This document shows positions 1 to 10,444 of a stretch of DNA of 64,000 nt, piece after piece (positions within the stretch are counted from its first letter, which is position 1; each line of letters begins with the position of its first letter). The notes beneath the pieces are model-generated. The model worked only from the letters and a program-made list of their open reading frames with translations. It did no database searches and had not been told where the DNA came from. The stretch is from the IMG/VR virus record IMGVR_UViG_3300020048_000085; one strand, written 5' to 3'. The position numbers and the translations under genes were made by a program. Source of the stretch: a virus.

Positions 1-128
1 GGTATAAATATCAGTTGATATCCAATTTCCAGTAGTGTGGTCATTATCAGATAGCGATATTGTTGCTACAGAGTTTGGTACATCAACTCTTTTTATAATT
101 GAACGGGCATATTCTTCGATTTTAGGCA
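1..128 (-). CDS. Partial CDS truncated by the window edge (start codon at 128 on the minus strand); hypothetical protein
   Basis: Reverse-complement ATG at 126-128 opens a frame that reads MPKIEEYARSIIKRVDV... through position 1. It is absent from the ORF track because it is partial. Confidence 0.3.
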
Positions 129-187
129 TAAATAAATTTATTTTATTTTTATTATATATAATTTTTTAACATTTTAAAAAATTCACA

Positions 188-2323
188 TTAAATAGAATTT
201 AATCCACTATTTATTATATTATAATAATATAATAATGGATCAGTATGTCCAGGATACACAATATTCAATCCCCCATTAGTAACACCACCAAAAGTTTCCA
301 ATGAATCATTTAATCCACCAACTAAAATATAATAACTATTTGTTCCAATAGACGACAACACAGTCAACGGAACTGGAAATCTTGATTTTCTATCTGAACC
401 AATATATATCAACTCAATAGTAGAAAAATATAAAAGTTCATCAACATTTACATTTGAACCCAAATTAAATAATTTTAAAATAAATTCATTATTTTCATTT
501 TCAAATAGAACTCCAGTTGCAAGCAACCTAATATATTCATCCATTACTAATATTTCAGCATAAGATCTACAAATATATTTTCTTTCATTATCTATTTTTT
601 TAATATACCAATCATATGTATCATTCATATAAACCTCATATAAAATATCTGATATATTTTTCAAACCATCTATGTTCTGTATTGATACTAACTGAGTTGC
701 TGGAAAAAATGGAAAAGATGACGGTTTTTCAATTATCATCTCATGTTCATTAACACTATAAATCAATGTTCTACCAGATAAAGTAACACCAGATATATTA
801 ACATATGTATATGGCTTAAAATTACTCAATAAACTTTCTGAATTATCTACTATTCTTATTCTATTATTATCAGTATACTCATATGTAAATCCTGTAAGTA
901 AATATTCATTATAAAAAGTATAACCAGAATTAAGTATTATATCATCAAGTTTATTCAAATTATCATATAATTTATAACTAATATATTGATTTTTACTAGT
1001 GAATCCACTTGTGAACCAATTATTATTATCATTAAATGAAAATATTAATGCATCATAATCAAAATATTTATCATATTCATTTATAATAGCTTTAACTATA
1101 ACCTCAATAAAATCAACATTAAAATCTCTATTAACTATACTATAATATTCAGAATATGGTGTATGATTTAATTTATAAAAAACATCATCCCAATCAGTTG
1201 CAATATTTAAATTATTTACAGAAAATGCATAAGTCTTTAAACTATTTAATATTCTATTTGGTAAAATCTCATCTAAAATTATATAATTCACACTATTAAT
1301 AACAACCAAATCTTTTATAAAAACATCAAGTGTTAATAAAACTGTTGTAGCAGAATTAAAAGTAGAACCACTATAAATATCTAATTTAATATAATCACCA
1401 TCTGAACAATTAAATGTTAATATATCATAAGGTATTAATGTAAATGTATTTAATACTTTATTTGTAATAGTAGATGTTATACCAGAAAAATAAGAGTTCT
1501 CTGTTGTTCCTGATTTTATAATATATGTTGGTTCATGTCTATAATCTATCTTTATTAATTCTGGTGAAAAATATGTTCTATCAATATCAATGTTTATATT
1601 ATCATATATTTCTGAATTTTCATTTAATTGTTTTCTAGCAACATCATAATCAGTAAATAATATTTTAGCAGCATTATTATAATTTGTATATGTACTATTT
1701 AAATCATATTTAACTAAATTTTTAAGTATAAAAGATTTACCCTCAACAAATTGTTTAGGCTCACCTGTGATTGGGAATGTATTACCAGAATTTAATAAGA
1801 AAAATTGTTTATCAAAATTATTTCCTATTTTTATACTACAACTAAATTTATCTGATTTCTCTCTATTATTTAATAAATCAGAATTTATTAAAAAATTCTT
1901 ATTTGTCACTACATAAATATCATTTTCAATATCTAAATCTTGATTTTTCAATAAAACTAAATGACCTGGTTTAAGTTTAACTCCATTTATTTGTAACCAC
2001 TGACTATATATATCAATATTAGTATCAGAAGCAACATCAACCAATGAGATATTTTTCATAACCCTATCAATAACATCATATTCATTATACATATTTATAA
2101 TAGAATAACCATCTCCAGTTAAAATATTTTTACTATAAATATCATCTAAATTATTAACATAAGTATATGTGATTCCAGTAAGATATTTATTAAATTTAAA
2201 ATAAATATCATCAACAGATATAAATCTATTAGAATCATAAGTTTCTAATCTATTTTGTTTGGTATATTTACCATCATCTTGTTTTATCCAATCAAAATTT
2301 CTTGACACTCTATTTTTATACAT
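188..2323 (-). CDS. Large N/Y/T/S-rich hypothetical protein (711 aa), possibly a virion structural or fibre-like protein
   Basis: Long uninterrupted ORF with Asn/Tyr/Thr/Ser-rich, beta-rich composition typical of phage fibres or baseplate proteins. An AT-rich TATATA-like element lies about 25 nt upstream of its start on the minus strand. No catalytic motif was recognised. Confidence 0.5.
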   Translation of the reverse strand: MYKNRVSRNFDWIKQDDGKYTKQNRLETYDSNRFISVDDIYFKFNKYLTGITYTYVNNLDDIYSKNILTGDGYSIINMYNEYDVIDRVMKNISLVDVASDTNIDIYSQWLQINGVKLKPGHLVLLKNQDLDIENDIYVVTNKNFLINSDLLNNREKSDKFSCSIKIGNNFDKQFFLLNSGNTFPITGEPKQFVEGKSFILKNLVKYDLNSTYTNYNNAAKILFTDYDVARKQLNENSEIYDNINIDIDRTYFSPELIKIDYRHEPTYIIKSGTTENSYFSGITSTITNKVLNTFTLIPYDILTFNCSDGDYIKLDIYSGSTFNSATTVLLTLDVFIKDLVVINSVNYIILDEILPNRILNSLKTYAFSVNNLNIATDWDDVFYKLNHTPYSEYYSIVNRDFNVDFIEVIVKAIINEYDKYFDYDALIFSFNDNNNWFTSGFTSKNQYISYKLYDNLNKLDDIILNSGYTFYNEYLLTGFTYEYTDNNRIRIVDNSESLLSNFKPYTYVNISGVTLSGRTLIYSVNEHEMIIEKPSSFPFFPATQLVSIQNIDGLKNISDILYEVYMNDTYDWYIKKIDNERKYICRSYAEILVMDEYIRLLATGVLFENENNEFILKLFNLGSNVNVDELLYFSTIELIYIGSDRKSRFPVPLTVLSSIGTNSYYILVGGLNDSLETFGGVTNGGLNIVYPGHTDPLLYYYNIINSGLNSI

Positions 2324-2380
2324 CTAAACTTATTCTATTTATTTGTATATATTAAATACTACATTTAAAAAACTGATTAT

Positions 2381-2635
2381 ATGATAAATTATAAAATGAA
2401 AAAAGGAGATATTGTAACACAAAGTAATAATTATTACAGAAATTGGATTGATCCTATTTTTTTCATAGAAATAGTTGATGTTAGAGGAGAAATAATAGAA
2501 TTTAAATATGAAATAACAATTACATCAAAACAAAATGTTAAAATAAATGCGAAATGTATGCATATTAGTTATTTTAAATATGACATTCAAAAAACTAGAA
2601 AGAAAAAAATAAAACAAATATATGAGCGAATTTGA
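2381..2635 (+). CDS. Small hypothetical protein with a basic K-rich C-terminal tail
   Basis: 84-aa ORF. Its stop overlaps the next gene start. The tail ...TRKKKIKQIYERI resembles the K-x-K-L-x-K-L-N tails seen on other small proteins in the window. Confidence 0.4.
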   Translation: MINYKMKKGDIVTQSNNYYRNWIDPIFFIEIVDVRGEIIEFKYEITITSKQNVKINAKCMHISYFKYDIQKTRKKKIKQIYERI

Positions 2636-2951
2636 CGAAATAGAATCTTTAAAAGATGATTCAGAAAAAAATAACAAATTAATTGAATATTATAAAGACA
2701 AAGTTAAAATTAATAGTTGGCTAAATACAACAACAAAAAACTCAATAATAGCATTCAAAGATAGAATAGAATATAAAAAAAATAACAAATATCATAGATT
2801 AAATGGACCTGCTATTGATTTTAAGAATGAAGAAAAAGATAAATATTATTATAAAGGTAAATTATATGACACAAAAAAAGAATGGGAGAAAGTAACAATA
2901 AAAGAATTAAGAAAAATTAAAATTAAAAAATTAAATAAACAAAATGAATAA
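2622..2951 (+). CDS. Small protein with a MORN/YwqK-like repeat signature
   Basis: The segment HRLNGPAIDFKNEEKDKYYYKGKLYD resembles MORN_2 (YwqK-type) repeats of the form G-P-A...Y-x-N-G-K. It ends in KELRKIKIKKLNKQNE and is followed by a hairpin terminator. Confidence 0.35.
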   Translation: MSEFDEIESLKDDSEKNNKLIEYYKDKVKINSWLNTTTKNSIIAFKDRIEYKKNNKYHRLNGPAIDFKNEEKDKYYYKGKLYDTKKEWEKVTIKELRKIKIKKLNKQNE

Positions 2952-2982
2952 AAAAGCTCAGATTTAACTCTGAGCTTTTTTC
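2951..2982. terminator. Bidirectional intrinsic terminator between convergent genes
   Basis: Stem agctcaga / tctgagct (2955-2976) with loop tttaac, flanked by an A-run upstream and a T-run downstream. Confidence 0.6.
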
Positions 2983-3253
2983 ATTTCTTATATATTATAC
3001 AATATGGAGTATTATCACACAATTCTAATACATTTTGATATTTTTTTCTAACCAAATCTGGTTCTGGATTTGGATTTAAATCTGATAACGGTATTACTTT
3101 TTTCAATACTTTATAATTAATATCATTAGGTTCTCCTTTATATATTACTTTATCTATTTTATCTGATAATATAAAATTAACAATATCTTCATTTAATTTT
3201 ACCCTCTTATCATATGTTTTAAAATATATATTATCTTTAAGATTAATTTCCAC
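2981..3253 (-). CDS. Hypothetical protein (90 aa)
   Basis: ORF only. It sits directly next to the terminator hairpin. Confidence 0.4.
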   Translation of the reverse strand: MEINLKDNIYFKTYDKRVKLNEDIVNFILSDKIDKVIYKGEPNDINYKVLKKVIPLSDLNPNPEPDLVRKKYQNVLELCDNTPYCIIYKK

Positions 3254-3312
3254 TATGTTTCTTTTTTTCTTAATATATAATCATTTAGAAAAAAAGTTTA
3301 TATTGTAAGTTA

Positions 3313-3753
3313 TTATATATTGAATTTATTAACATCATAATAATATATAATATCATCATATGTCAAATTTTCAAACATAGCAACAACTTTATCATAATCA
3401 AACAATTTAATTTTTATTGTATCATATATCACGTATTCAACACCTCTTTCATGATGTTTATGCTCAATTTTTACTATTTTTTTAATATTATCTATTATAT
3501 AATCAATAATAAATCTATGTTTTTGTGAATCACCTCCTCGATAATTAGAAAATTCTACAATTATATCATCTTTTTGTTTTTTAAAATAAATTTCTGAATA
3601 TAAAAAACTACTATCTTTATTTTTCTCAAATCTAATACTTGTGCCTTTATATGCATAATAAACTTTATATCTTTGTCTTAAAAAATTAAACATAACTGTT
3701 ATTAAATCTACACAAAAAAAAGTACTCTCAAACAATTTAAACTTTTTTATCAT
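3313..3753 (-). CDS. Member of the N-terminal FKxFE paralog family (MIKKFKLFES... ...DVNKFNI)
   Basis: It has the shared N-terminal motif M-I-K-K-F-K-L-F-E and the shared C-terminal KFNI tail. Confidence 0.55.
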   Translation of the reverse strand: MIKKFKLFESTFFCVDLITVMFNFLRQRYKVYYAYKGTSIRFEKNKDSSFLYSEIYFKKQKDDIIVEFSNYRGGDSQKHRFIIDYIIDNIKKIVKIEHKHHERGVEYVIYDTIKIKLFDYDKVVAMFENLTYDDIIYYYDVNKFNI

Positions 3754-3762
3754 TATTAATTA

Positions 3763-4548
3763 TTAATTATTAATTATTTTATCAACATGAACATCACCTT
3801 TCATAATAACTTCAGATTCTTCTCCTCCAATAAATATAGCAACATCATCAAATAACACCTCTGAAACTAAAATTGTTTGTTTAGTTGAATATATTGGTTT
3901 AAATTGTTTTCCTCCAGTAAATATATATTTTGAAAATCTTTCTGCTTCATTTAAACTAGTTGTCCAACAAGAATATTCACTTTTAATATTTGGATTATAA
4001 TCACACTTCAGACCTCGATAAATTACAATTTTTTCTGGTATATTACCATCAAACATTTCGAATGCTGTTTTATAATTCCATTTATCAATATGTCTTGTTT
4101 TTGATATTTTATCTAATATATTAGTGAGTGCTCGTTGAGAATTAAAATGATCAACAATCAAATCACTTATTCTATCAAAAGATTTATCTATATTAGGGTT
4201 CTTATAACATACAAATAAACTATATGGTATTCTACTAATTTTGTATGATTTAGTATCATATTTTCTAAGCTCATTTTGTAATTTAAAAATATCACCAAAA
4301 GTTTTTACTCCAAAAAAATCATCAATTATCTTCTTACATTCAATTGTTGAGGTTATATATTCATTTCCAATACTAACACATGGAAACTTACTAAATGATT
4401 CCATACAATCAACACCCATTCTACTATCATTTATCCAATTTTTTATTAACATTTCTCCATTATAAACATAGTATAAAAAATACAACCAAGCAACATCACA
4501 ATATAATATCTCAGCCATTTTTTCAAATTTTTTAAATTCTATTATCAT
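3763..4548 (-). CDS. Putative mono-ADP-ribosyltransferase (R-S-E class) carrying the family N-terminal motif (MIIEFKKFEK)
   Basis: Ordered motifs are present: aromatic-Arg (VIYRG), an STS-like WTTSL, and GGEESEVIM (E-x-E) about 45 aa downstream. This is the R/STS/ExE triad of C3/iota/Alt-type ARTs. The call is by motif only. Confidence 0.45.
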   Translation of the reverse strand: MIIEFKKFEKMAEILYCDVAWLYFLYYVYNGEMLIKNWINDSRMGVDCMESFSKFPCVSIGNEYITSTIECKKIIDDFFGVKTFGDIFKLQNELRKYDTKSYKISRIPYSLFVCYKNPNIDKSFDRISDLIVDHFNSQRALTNILDKISKTRHIDKWNYKTAFEMFDGNIPEKIVIYRGLKCDYNPNIKSEYSCWTTSLNEAERFSKYIFTGGKQFKPIYSTKQTILVSEVLFDDVAIFIGGEESEVIMKGDVHVDKIINN

Positions 4549-4907
4549 TTTTTATTCTCTAATTTTTCATAAATTGAAGCTCCATATTTAGTATTGAATA
4601 TATCTTGTTTAGAAACAAAATAATCACCACTTGTAAATAAATAATCCAATCTAATATATTGAGCTAAGACTATTGATTTTTTAGATCCAGTCATCAAACT
4701 ATATCTTTTAGCAACATCAAACTCTGTAGTAAAAAATGTACCACTCTTAAATTTACCAGTATAAATAATCTTGTTAAAATTGTTTTTATTTGTACCATGA
4801 TATAAATAGATATAATAATTACCATCAATAACAATTTTATCTATACCACGTTTATTTATATTATCTAATAACATATCACTAATATAATCTTCAAATATCT
4901 TAATCAC
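4545..4907 (-). CDS. FKxFE-family protein (MIKIFEDY...) with a YHGT motif
   Basis: ATGA overlap with the downstream gene. LYHGTNKNNF resembles the H-G-[ST] nicotinamide-pocket motif of H-Y-E class ARTs and Tpt1/KptA enzymes. This is weak evidence. Confidence 0.4.
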   Translation of the reverse strand: MIKIFEDYISDMLLDNINKRGIDKIVIDGNYYIYLYHGTNKNNFNKIIYTGKFKSGTFFTTEFDVAKRYSLMTGSKKSIVLAQYIRLDYLFTSGDYFVSKQDIFNTKYGASIYEKLENKK

Positions 4908-5809
4908 ATGAAACTCTTTTTTTTAATTAATATATCAACATTTGATAAATAACCACTCTTAATATGAACATTACCATTATCTTCATATAATATATCTTCA
5001 TTCTCATATTCAAAATCAAAAATATATAAGTCATAATCATCTCTTGCTGCAGGTAAATTAATAAAATTATTATTTTTGCTTAAATACAAGTTATCATAAT
5101 CATATCCAATAACTAATTTTTCAATTTCACCATTTCTATTATCAAGTGGTATTATATTATCAACTAAACCAATATTTTTTATATTATTTGATTTTTTATA
5201 TCCTCTCCAATACAAACAATAACCATGATTTATAATTTTTATCTTATAATTTATAATACTATCAATCCAAGCATCATTTTTTTCAATTTTAATACCATCT
5301 TGAACATATATTTCACCAAAAATTTCCTTTATTTTTGGTATATATTCTTTAAAAAAACTAGGTAAATTTATTCTAGAATGATTAAAATGACCACCATCAC
5401 TATCAAACCAACCACAATGTTTCAAATGTTCAACTCGTTCTTTATTTATTATAAACTTATTAGTATATTTACGTATATTTGGAATCTTATTTGTTTTGAT
5501 TTGCTCTTCAAATTCTTGTAATCTTATCTTTTTTATTGAACCATAGCCTACCTCATTTGACGGATATGTAATTGGATTTATTTTAAACTTATCACTTAAT
5601 TTATCACCATCCAATTCCAATTTAAAAATAGAAACAGGTGAATCACCAATATAATAAGACATATTCTTATTTCTAGTTGTAGAAATATTTGAGAATTTAT
5701 ATGAACTCAACGAATTAGTACTCAATATATAATCACATTTCTCCAAATCAAAAATATGATATAATTTTCCTAATTTTTTACCTTCAAATAATTTAAAATT
5801 TGTAACCAT
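4904..5809 (-). CDS. FKxFE-family protein (MVTNFKLFEG...), 301 aa, function unknown
   Basis: It has the N-terminal family motif and an ATGA overlap with 4545..4907. A TATATATA-like element lies upstream of its start. Confidence 0.5.
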   Translation of the reverse strand: MVTNFKLFEGKKLGKLYHIFDLEKCDYILSTNSLSSYKFSNISTTRNKNMSYYIGDSPVSIFKLELDGDKLSDKFKINPITYPSNEVGYGSIKKIRLQEFEEQIKTNKIPNIRKYTNKFIINKERVEHLKHCGWFDSDGGHFNHSRINLPSFFKEYIPKIKEIFGEIYVQDGIKIEKNDAWIDSIINYKIKIINHGYCLYWRGYKKSNNIKNIGLVDNIIPLDNRNGEIEKLVIGYDYDNLYLSKNNNFINLPAARDDYDLYIFDFEYENEDILYEDNGNVHIKSGYLSNVDILIKKKSFM

Positions 5810-5877
5810 AATGTTTATATATTATTTTTTACATATAAGAAAATGTTTTTTTATATATATAAGAAAAAATCATTTTT

Positions 5878-8800
5878 GTGGACAATAAAAGTTTTTTATT
5901 CTTTAATAAAGAAGGGTATCCTCACAACTTCACATACGACACCAACACAGAAAGTTGGAATGGTAAAATAATATTTGACGAAAATTCTGATCAAACATTC
6001 AAAACTCAAAGTTTATATATTTTTGAAAGTGTTGAACCGATAACTTTTGATATTGATGCAGATTTAATAGAAATGAATTATCATAATAATAGTGGAATTA
6101 CCATTGTTTCTGATACAACGTACACAAATCAAGAAATTACAAACATAATAAAAACAAACGAATCTAGTGATTTTTATTCAAAATGGGTATATGGATTAGA
6201 TTTTCATAAGAAATTTCCAATAGGAACTGTAGTATATTTATCTGGTGTAACAGGAACAACATCCACAGATTTTAATGTTGATAATTATTTTACAGTTTTA
6301 GCAGTAAAAAAGAACGCATTTCTAATAGTAACTGAAACAAGTAATGATATATTTAACTTTAGTATATTATCTGGCTACACTAGCTCTCTGAATATGATAT
6401 CAATTAATGATTATAATAGAGATTTATCAACAAATAATACATTAATACAAAACTTATACCCAAATAAAAAGTTTTCAATCATAGATTCAATATCAAATGA
6501 TTCAATAGTAACTGTTAAACAATCTGGTATAACAACATCATATTTAAATGAGATTAAAATAGATGATGAAATAGATAAAATTTTTACATTATCTCTACAA
6601 CTTTTTACTCAAAAACCTATTTTATTACAAAATAATATAATATTATATTCAGACACAATTACAACTGGAACACTTAATGTTGGCAAATATGCTTATTTAT
6701 TATCACCAGAAATAATATACACAAACACTGGTCAAGATATAAGCAAAAAAACTGTTACATTTGAAGATGAACTAGGTAATCAATTATTTGGTGGAATTGA
6801 ATTTACTATAGATTCATTAATCACAGAATCTGTATTAGGCACTAAAGATTTAATATTTAAAACTTTCTATGATGAATCTAAAGTTAAATATAGATCATAT
6901 AGTGTTATAAGTAACACAACAAAATGGAACACAATTCAATATGATAATCAATTAGATATTAAAATTGGAGATATTATATCACTAAGCGGAGTAACAACAA
7001 GCGGAAACACTGGTGCTACTTACTTAATGAATAATAGAGAATTTAGTATAATAGATGTTATTTATGATCCAATTAAAAATACAACTATGTTATTTGTATC
7101 TGGTTATATTATAGATGAAAATAATTCTGCATATATAATAACTAAAAAATTACAATCTAATCAAATAAAAAGTGTAAATTTTAGTTCAAGTGGTGATATA
7201 TCACTATTTACTGGCAATACAAATAATGCATATTGTTATTCAACTTCAAATATATTAAATTACTCACAATCTTATATTAGTGGAAATACAAATAATATAT
7301 CATATGATACTATCACAGCATTTTTAAAAAAATATAAAAATGTTTTAAATACATATGGTATAGATGCTTATTATACATCAAGAAATAATACTGATTATTT
7401 ATCTGTTGAAAGTCTATATGGTGCAAAATATAATTATTTTTCAGTATCTGGTTATACAAATGATGTTAAAATAGTAGATAATTTTGATTTAAGTGTTAAT
7501 GGAACAACAAACAAATATGATATTATAATAAATGAAAAATTAATAAATGAAAAAACAAATAAATCAGACACTGGATTATATAAACCTGATGCACATTCTG
7601 AGATTGTTTTAAATTTACAAAGTGATAATGATAGATTTGGTTTTAAATTAACATTAAATAGTATAGAATATAGTATAGATTACTCAGTTGATAGTCAAAC
7701 CACAATTAATAACTTTATAAATATATACTATGACATTATGTATAGTAATGGTTATAATATTTATAGCGGTTATACTTCTGAATATAGTGGTTACACTCTA
7801 AATATACAATCAGATATCGATATTTGGAATTTAGAAATAATAACAAATATATTATCAACATATAAAATAATTGAAAATCAAAGAAATAAATCAATATTAC
7901 TTTCAGGTAATGAATTAAAAACAACAGCAGATTTATTCAACTTAGAATTATCAACAGGTATGTTATTGAAAATAACTGGTAGTACATATAACACTAACAA
8001 CAAAGAATATAATATCATATCATTAACTGAAAATAACATAACATTATCATACCAAGGTGTATTCACAAGTGATATTAACATCATAATCACTGGAACAACA
8101 AGAGAGTTCATTAGAAAACCTAGAGGTGATTATAATAGAGATGTATATCTTAATGTTTCTTGGAAAAAACCATATGAAAATAATATAGATGAATCAATAT
8201 TTTTTTATGATATATCAGGTGATCAATTAACACCTTATAATAATATTGAAAATTTAAGATATACAGGACCAACACCATTAATAAATTTAAATGAAAATAA
8301 TATTGTTATACTAAATAACGAAGCTAATAATAAAATATCAGAGGTTAATAATCCAAAAGCACAACAAACAATATTTAATGAACTCAATTTTAAATTAGAG
8401 CAATTAGATTCATCTCTTGCTTATGATTATATACCAGAACCATTAGAAATATTTTTCGGTTACAATTCAACTGAAGAAGGCTTTAACACAAAAACAATAA
8501 ATATTAAAAAACTAATAAAATCAGAAAATAACAATAATTATTTTTCGATTAGTGGATATACAAATCCAATATCATCAATATCATTAATTAATTTTACATT
8601 AATAGATAATATTATAAATATATCAGCACCAATTAATTTTAATTTTAAAAACTATTTTGAAATAGGACAACTTATAAAATTAGAATTTATTGATCAAAAT
8701 GAATATAAACAATTAATACAAGAAAATATTAACATATATAAAATTTCAGATATATCAAGAAATAAAATATATATTGACACAGAATATACATATGAAAATG

Positions 8801-10116
8801 AAACTGGTGATTATGTATATTCTGACTCAGGTTTTACATATTTTAATACAACTGGTAATACATATTATTATAAAATCGAGGTACAACCAAAAGAAATTTT
8901 ATCTTGTGTATTATATGGACAAACAGAAATAGAAGATATTAGATTTAAAGTAAATTTAAATAATCTTGGTGTACAATTAGAAGATGATATATATGAAATA
9001 TTATATCAATCTGATATAGAAGATAAAGCAATAGATTATATATTATTAAATAAGAAAAGAAAAGAAATGCTATTAAATTATAGAGAGATTTATGATTATG
9101 TAGGTTCATATAAAGCATTAATAAATGCCATAAACTTTTTTGGATATAATGATTTATATTTATATGAATATTATAGAAATATTAATAAATCATCAGCTCT
9201 ATATGGTAAATTACATAAAATATTAATTCCTGATATGTTTGATAATAGTGTACAAGGTTGGACAGAAACAGATTTTATTAGTGCTAAATATCAAAATAAT
9301 TTATCATGGAAGAAAACCAATTTATTTAACTTATCATATTCTATAACTGATAATGATGGTGATAATATATTAATATATTCATTAGATGAAGTGCAATATA
9401 AATTAACTAAATTAAAAACATGGTTAAGAAAACATATTATACCATTATCAACAAATTTAGTGGATATAACAGGCGTAGCTAATACTGAACAAACATTATA
9501 TCAAAATTATGATGAATCAAATCAAGTTAAAAAAACAGTAGTAAATAGAAAATCTACAGTTGTTAATTTCAATTATACATCTACTTTAAATTTTGGAACA
9601 GATTATTTAGTGACAGTTAATTTTTATGTATTATCTGGTACCACTGGTACAATTTTAGACAATAATGAAATTCCAAATGAATTTTCAGTTAAAATTAAAA
9701 CTTTTTATCTTTCAGGTGAAACATTTAATAACCCAACAGAAACTTTAATTCCTGTTCAATACATAAAATTACACAAAACAGATTTAACATCATTTAGTTT
9801 CAGTTTAAATAAAAATGTGGATCCATATATTTATATTGAAACAACAACTTATGATAATGATGGTAATGGTATTGGATATATTAATAACAAATTATTCTAT
9901 TATGATGAACCAAGAAATTATTGGTTAGTTAATCACAATTTTGATTTAACAAAAATGGTATACTTACAAACAGAAAATTATATTGATAATAATAAACAAA
10001 CAGACACACAAAATATTATATATGATAATAGTACATTAATACCATCATCAGTTGAAACTATTGTAAAGGTAAATACATTAAATCAAACATATATATCACA
10101 AATATCAACAAATTAA
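5878..10116 (+). CDS. Very large (about 1400 aa) N/T/S/Y-rich hypothetical protein, probably a virion structural protein; the start is uncertain (GTG at 5878, first in-frame ATG near 6070)
   Basis: Continuous 4.2-kb frame. A TATATATA element sits about 20 nt upstream of 5878. The composition is typical of phage fibre or baseplate proteins. No motifs were recognised. Confidence 0.55.
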   Translation: MDNKSFLFFNKEGYPHNFTYDTNTESWNGKIIFDENSDQTFKTQSLYIFESVEPITFDIDADLIEMNYHNNSGITIVSDTTYTNQEITNIIKTNESSDFYSKWVYGLDFHKKFPIGTVVYLSGVTGTTSTDFNVDNYFTVLAVKKNAFLIVTETSNDIFNFSILSGYTSSLNMISINDYNRDLSTNNTLIQNLYPNKKFSIIDSISNDSIVTVKQSGITTSYLNEIKIDDEIDKIFTLSLQLFTQKPILLQNNIILYSDTITTGTLNVGKYAYLLSPEIIYTNTGQDISKKTVTFEDELGNQLFGGIEFTIDSLITESVLGTKDLIFKTFYDESKVKYRSYSVISNTTKWNTIQYDNQLDIKIGDIISLSGVTTSGNTGATYLMNNREFSIIDVIYDPIKNTTMLFVSGYIIDENNSAYIITKKLQSNQIKSVNFSSSGDISLFTGNTNNAYCYSTSNILNYSQSYISGNTNNISYDTITAFLKKYKNVLNTYGIDAYYTSRNNTDYLSVESLYGAKYNYFSVSGYTNDVKIVDNFDLSVNGTTNKYDIIINEKLINEKTNKSDTGLYKPDAHSEIVLNLQSDNDRFGFKLTLNSIEYSIDYSVDSQTTINNFINIYYDIMYSNGYNIYSGYTSEYSGYTLNIQSDIDIWNLEIITNILSTYKIIENQRNKSILLSGNELKTTADLFNLELSTGMLLKITGSTYNTNNKEYNIISLTENNITLSYQGVFTSDINIIITGTTREFIRKPRGDYNRDVYLNVSWKKPYENNIDESIFFYDISGDQLTPYNNIENLRYTGPTPLINLNENNIVILNNEANNKISEVNNPKAQQTIFNELNFKLEQLDSSLAYDYIPEPLEIFFGYNSTEEGFNTKTINIKKLIKSENNNNYFSISGYTNPISSISLINFTLIDNIINISAPINFNFKNYFEIGQLIKLEFIDQNEYKQLIQENINIYKISDISRNKIYIDTEYTYENETGDYVYSDSGFTYFNTTGNTYYYKIEVQPKEILSCVLYGQTEIEDIRFKVNLNNLGVQLEDDIYEILYQSDIEDKAIDYILLNKKRKEMLLNYREIYDYVGSYKALINAINFFGYNDLYLYEYYRNINKSSALYGKLHKILIPDMFDNSVQGWTETDFISAKYQNNLSWKKTNLFNLSYSITDNDGDNILIYSLDEVQYKLTKLKTWLRKHIIPLSTNLVDITGVANTEQTLYQNYDESNQVKKTVVNRKSTVVNFNYTSTLNFGTDYLVTVNFYVLSGTTGTILDNNEIPNEFSVKIKTFYLSGETFNNPTETLIPVQYIKLHKTDLTSFSFSLNKNVDPYIYIETTTYDNDGNGIGYINNKLFYYDEPRNYWLVNHNFDLTKMVYLQTENYIDNNKQTDTQNIIYDNSTLIPSSVETIVKVNTLNQTYISQISTN

Positions 10117-10126
10117 AAATATTAAT

Positions 10127-10444
10127 ATGACAGATTATAACACTCTTTATAATAGAAGTTTTTTTGGAGCAACAGGTAGCACAAATATTAGTAGTAACAC
10201 TATCAGTGGTACTACTAATATTTATCAATTTATTGATGATAGTGGTAATGTAACTCAAATATCAAAAATTAAAAAAAATAAATTTAAACATTATATTGAT
10301 GCACCAGAAAAAGCGATTTATCAAGGATGTATGATAGGAGTAAGTGATTCAGATAAAAACGATTTAGATCAAAACATACCATGCACATATGGTATAGCAT
10401 TAGGACTTGGAGATAATAATATGGGACTTGCTAGTTACGAGTAA
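10127..10444 (+). CDS. Hypothetical protein (105 aa)
   Basis: ORF lying immediately downstream of the large structural gene. Confidence 0.4.
   Translation: MTDYNTLYNRSFFGATGSTNISSNTISGTTNIYQFIDDSGNVTQISKIKKNKFKHYIDAPEKAIYQGCMIGVSDSDKNDLDQNIPCTYGIALGLGDNNMGLASYE

Noticed and set aside
5878-6069. Alternative ATG start near 6070 for the 1412-aa gene instead of GTG at 5878
   Set aside because: This was not adopted. A TATATATA promoter-like box lies about 20 nt upstream of 5878, and the frame is open from there. The choice remains uncertain without homologues.
7736-8111. Short minus-strand ORFs (7736..7924, 7878..8111, 10058..10258) inside or at the end of the 1412-aa gene. By the same logic, many other antisense or embedded ORFs in the track: 4241..4465, 13751..13972, 19977..20159, 20991..21173, 22751..23053, 23456..23659, 24239..24433, 24337..24522, 25178..25582, 26156..26353, 27925..28131, 29147..29437, 31188..31406, 34330..34572, 37411..37857, 43567..43788, 44212..44415, 47026..47220, 48720..49076, 57207..57518, 57589..57837, 60533..60763, 60794..61138 and 61496..61678
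   Set aside because: Each lies wholly within a longer ORF on the opposite strand that has recognisable motifs or family membership. Their translations are low-complexity (I/L/F/S/N-rich), as expected from reading AT-rich coding DNA backwards. No independent start context or terminator supports them.
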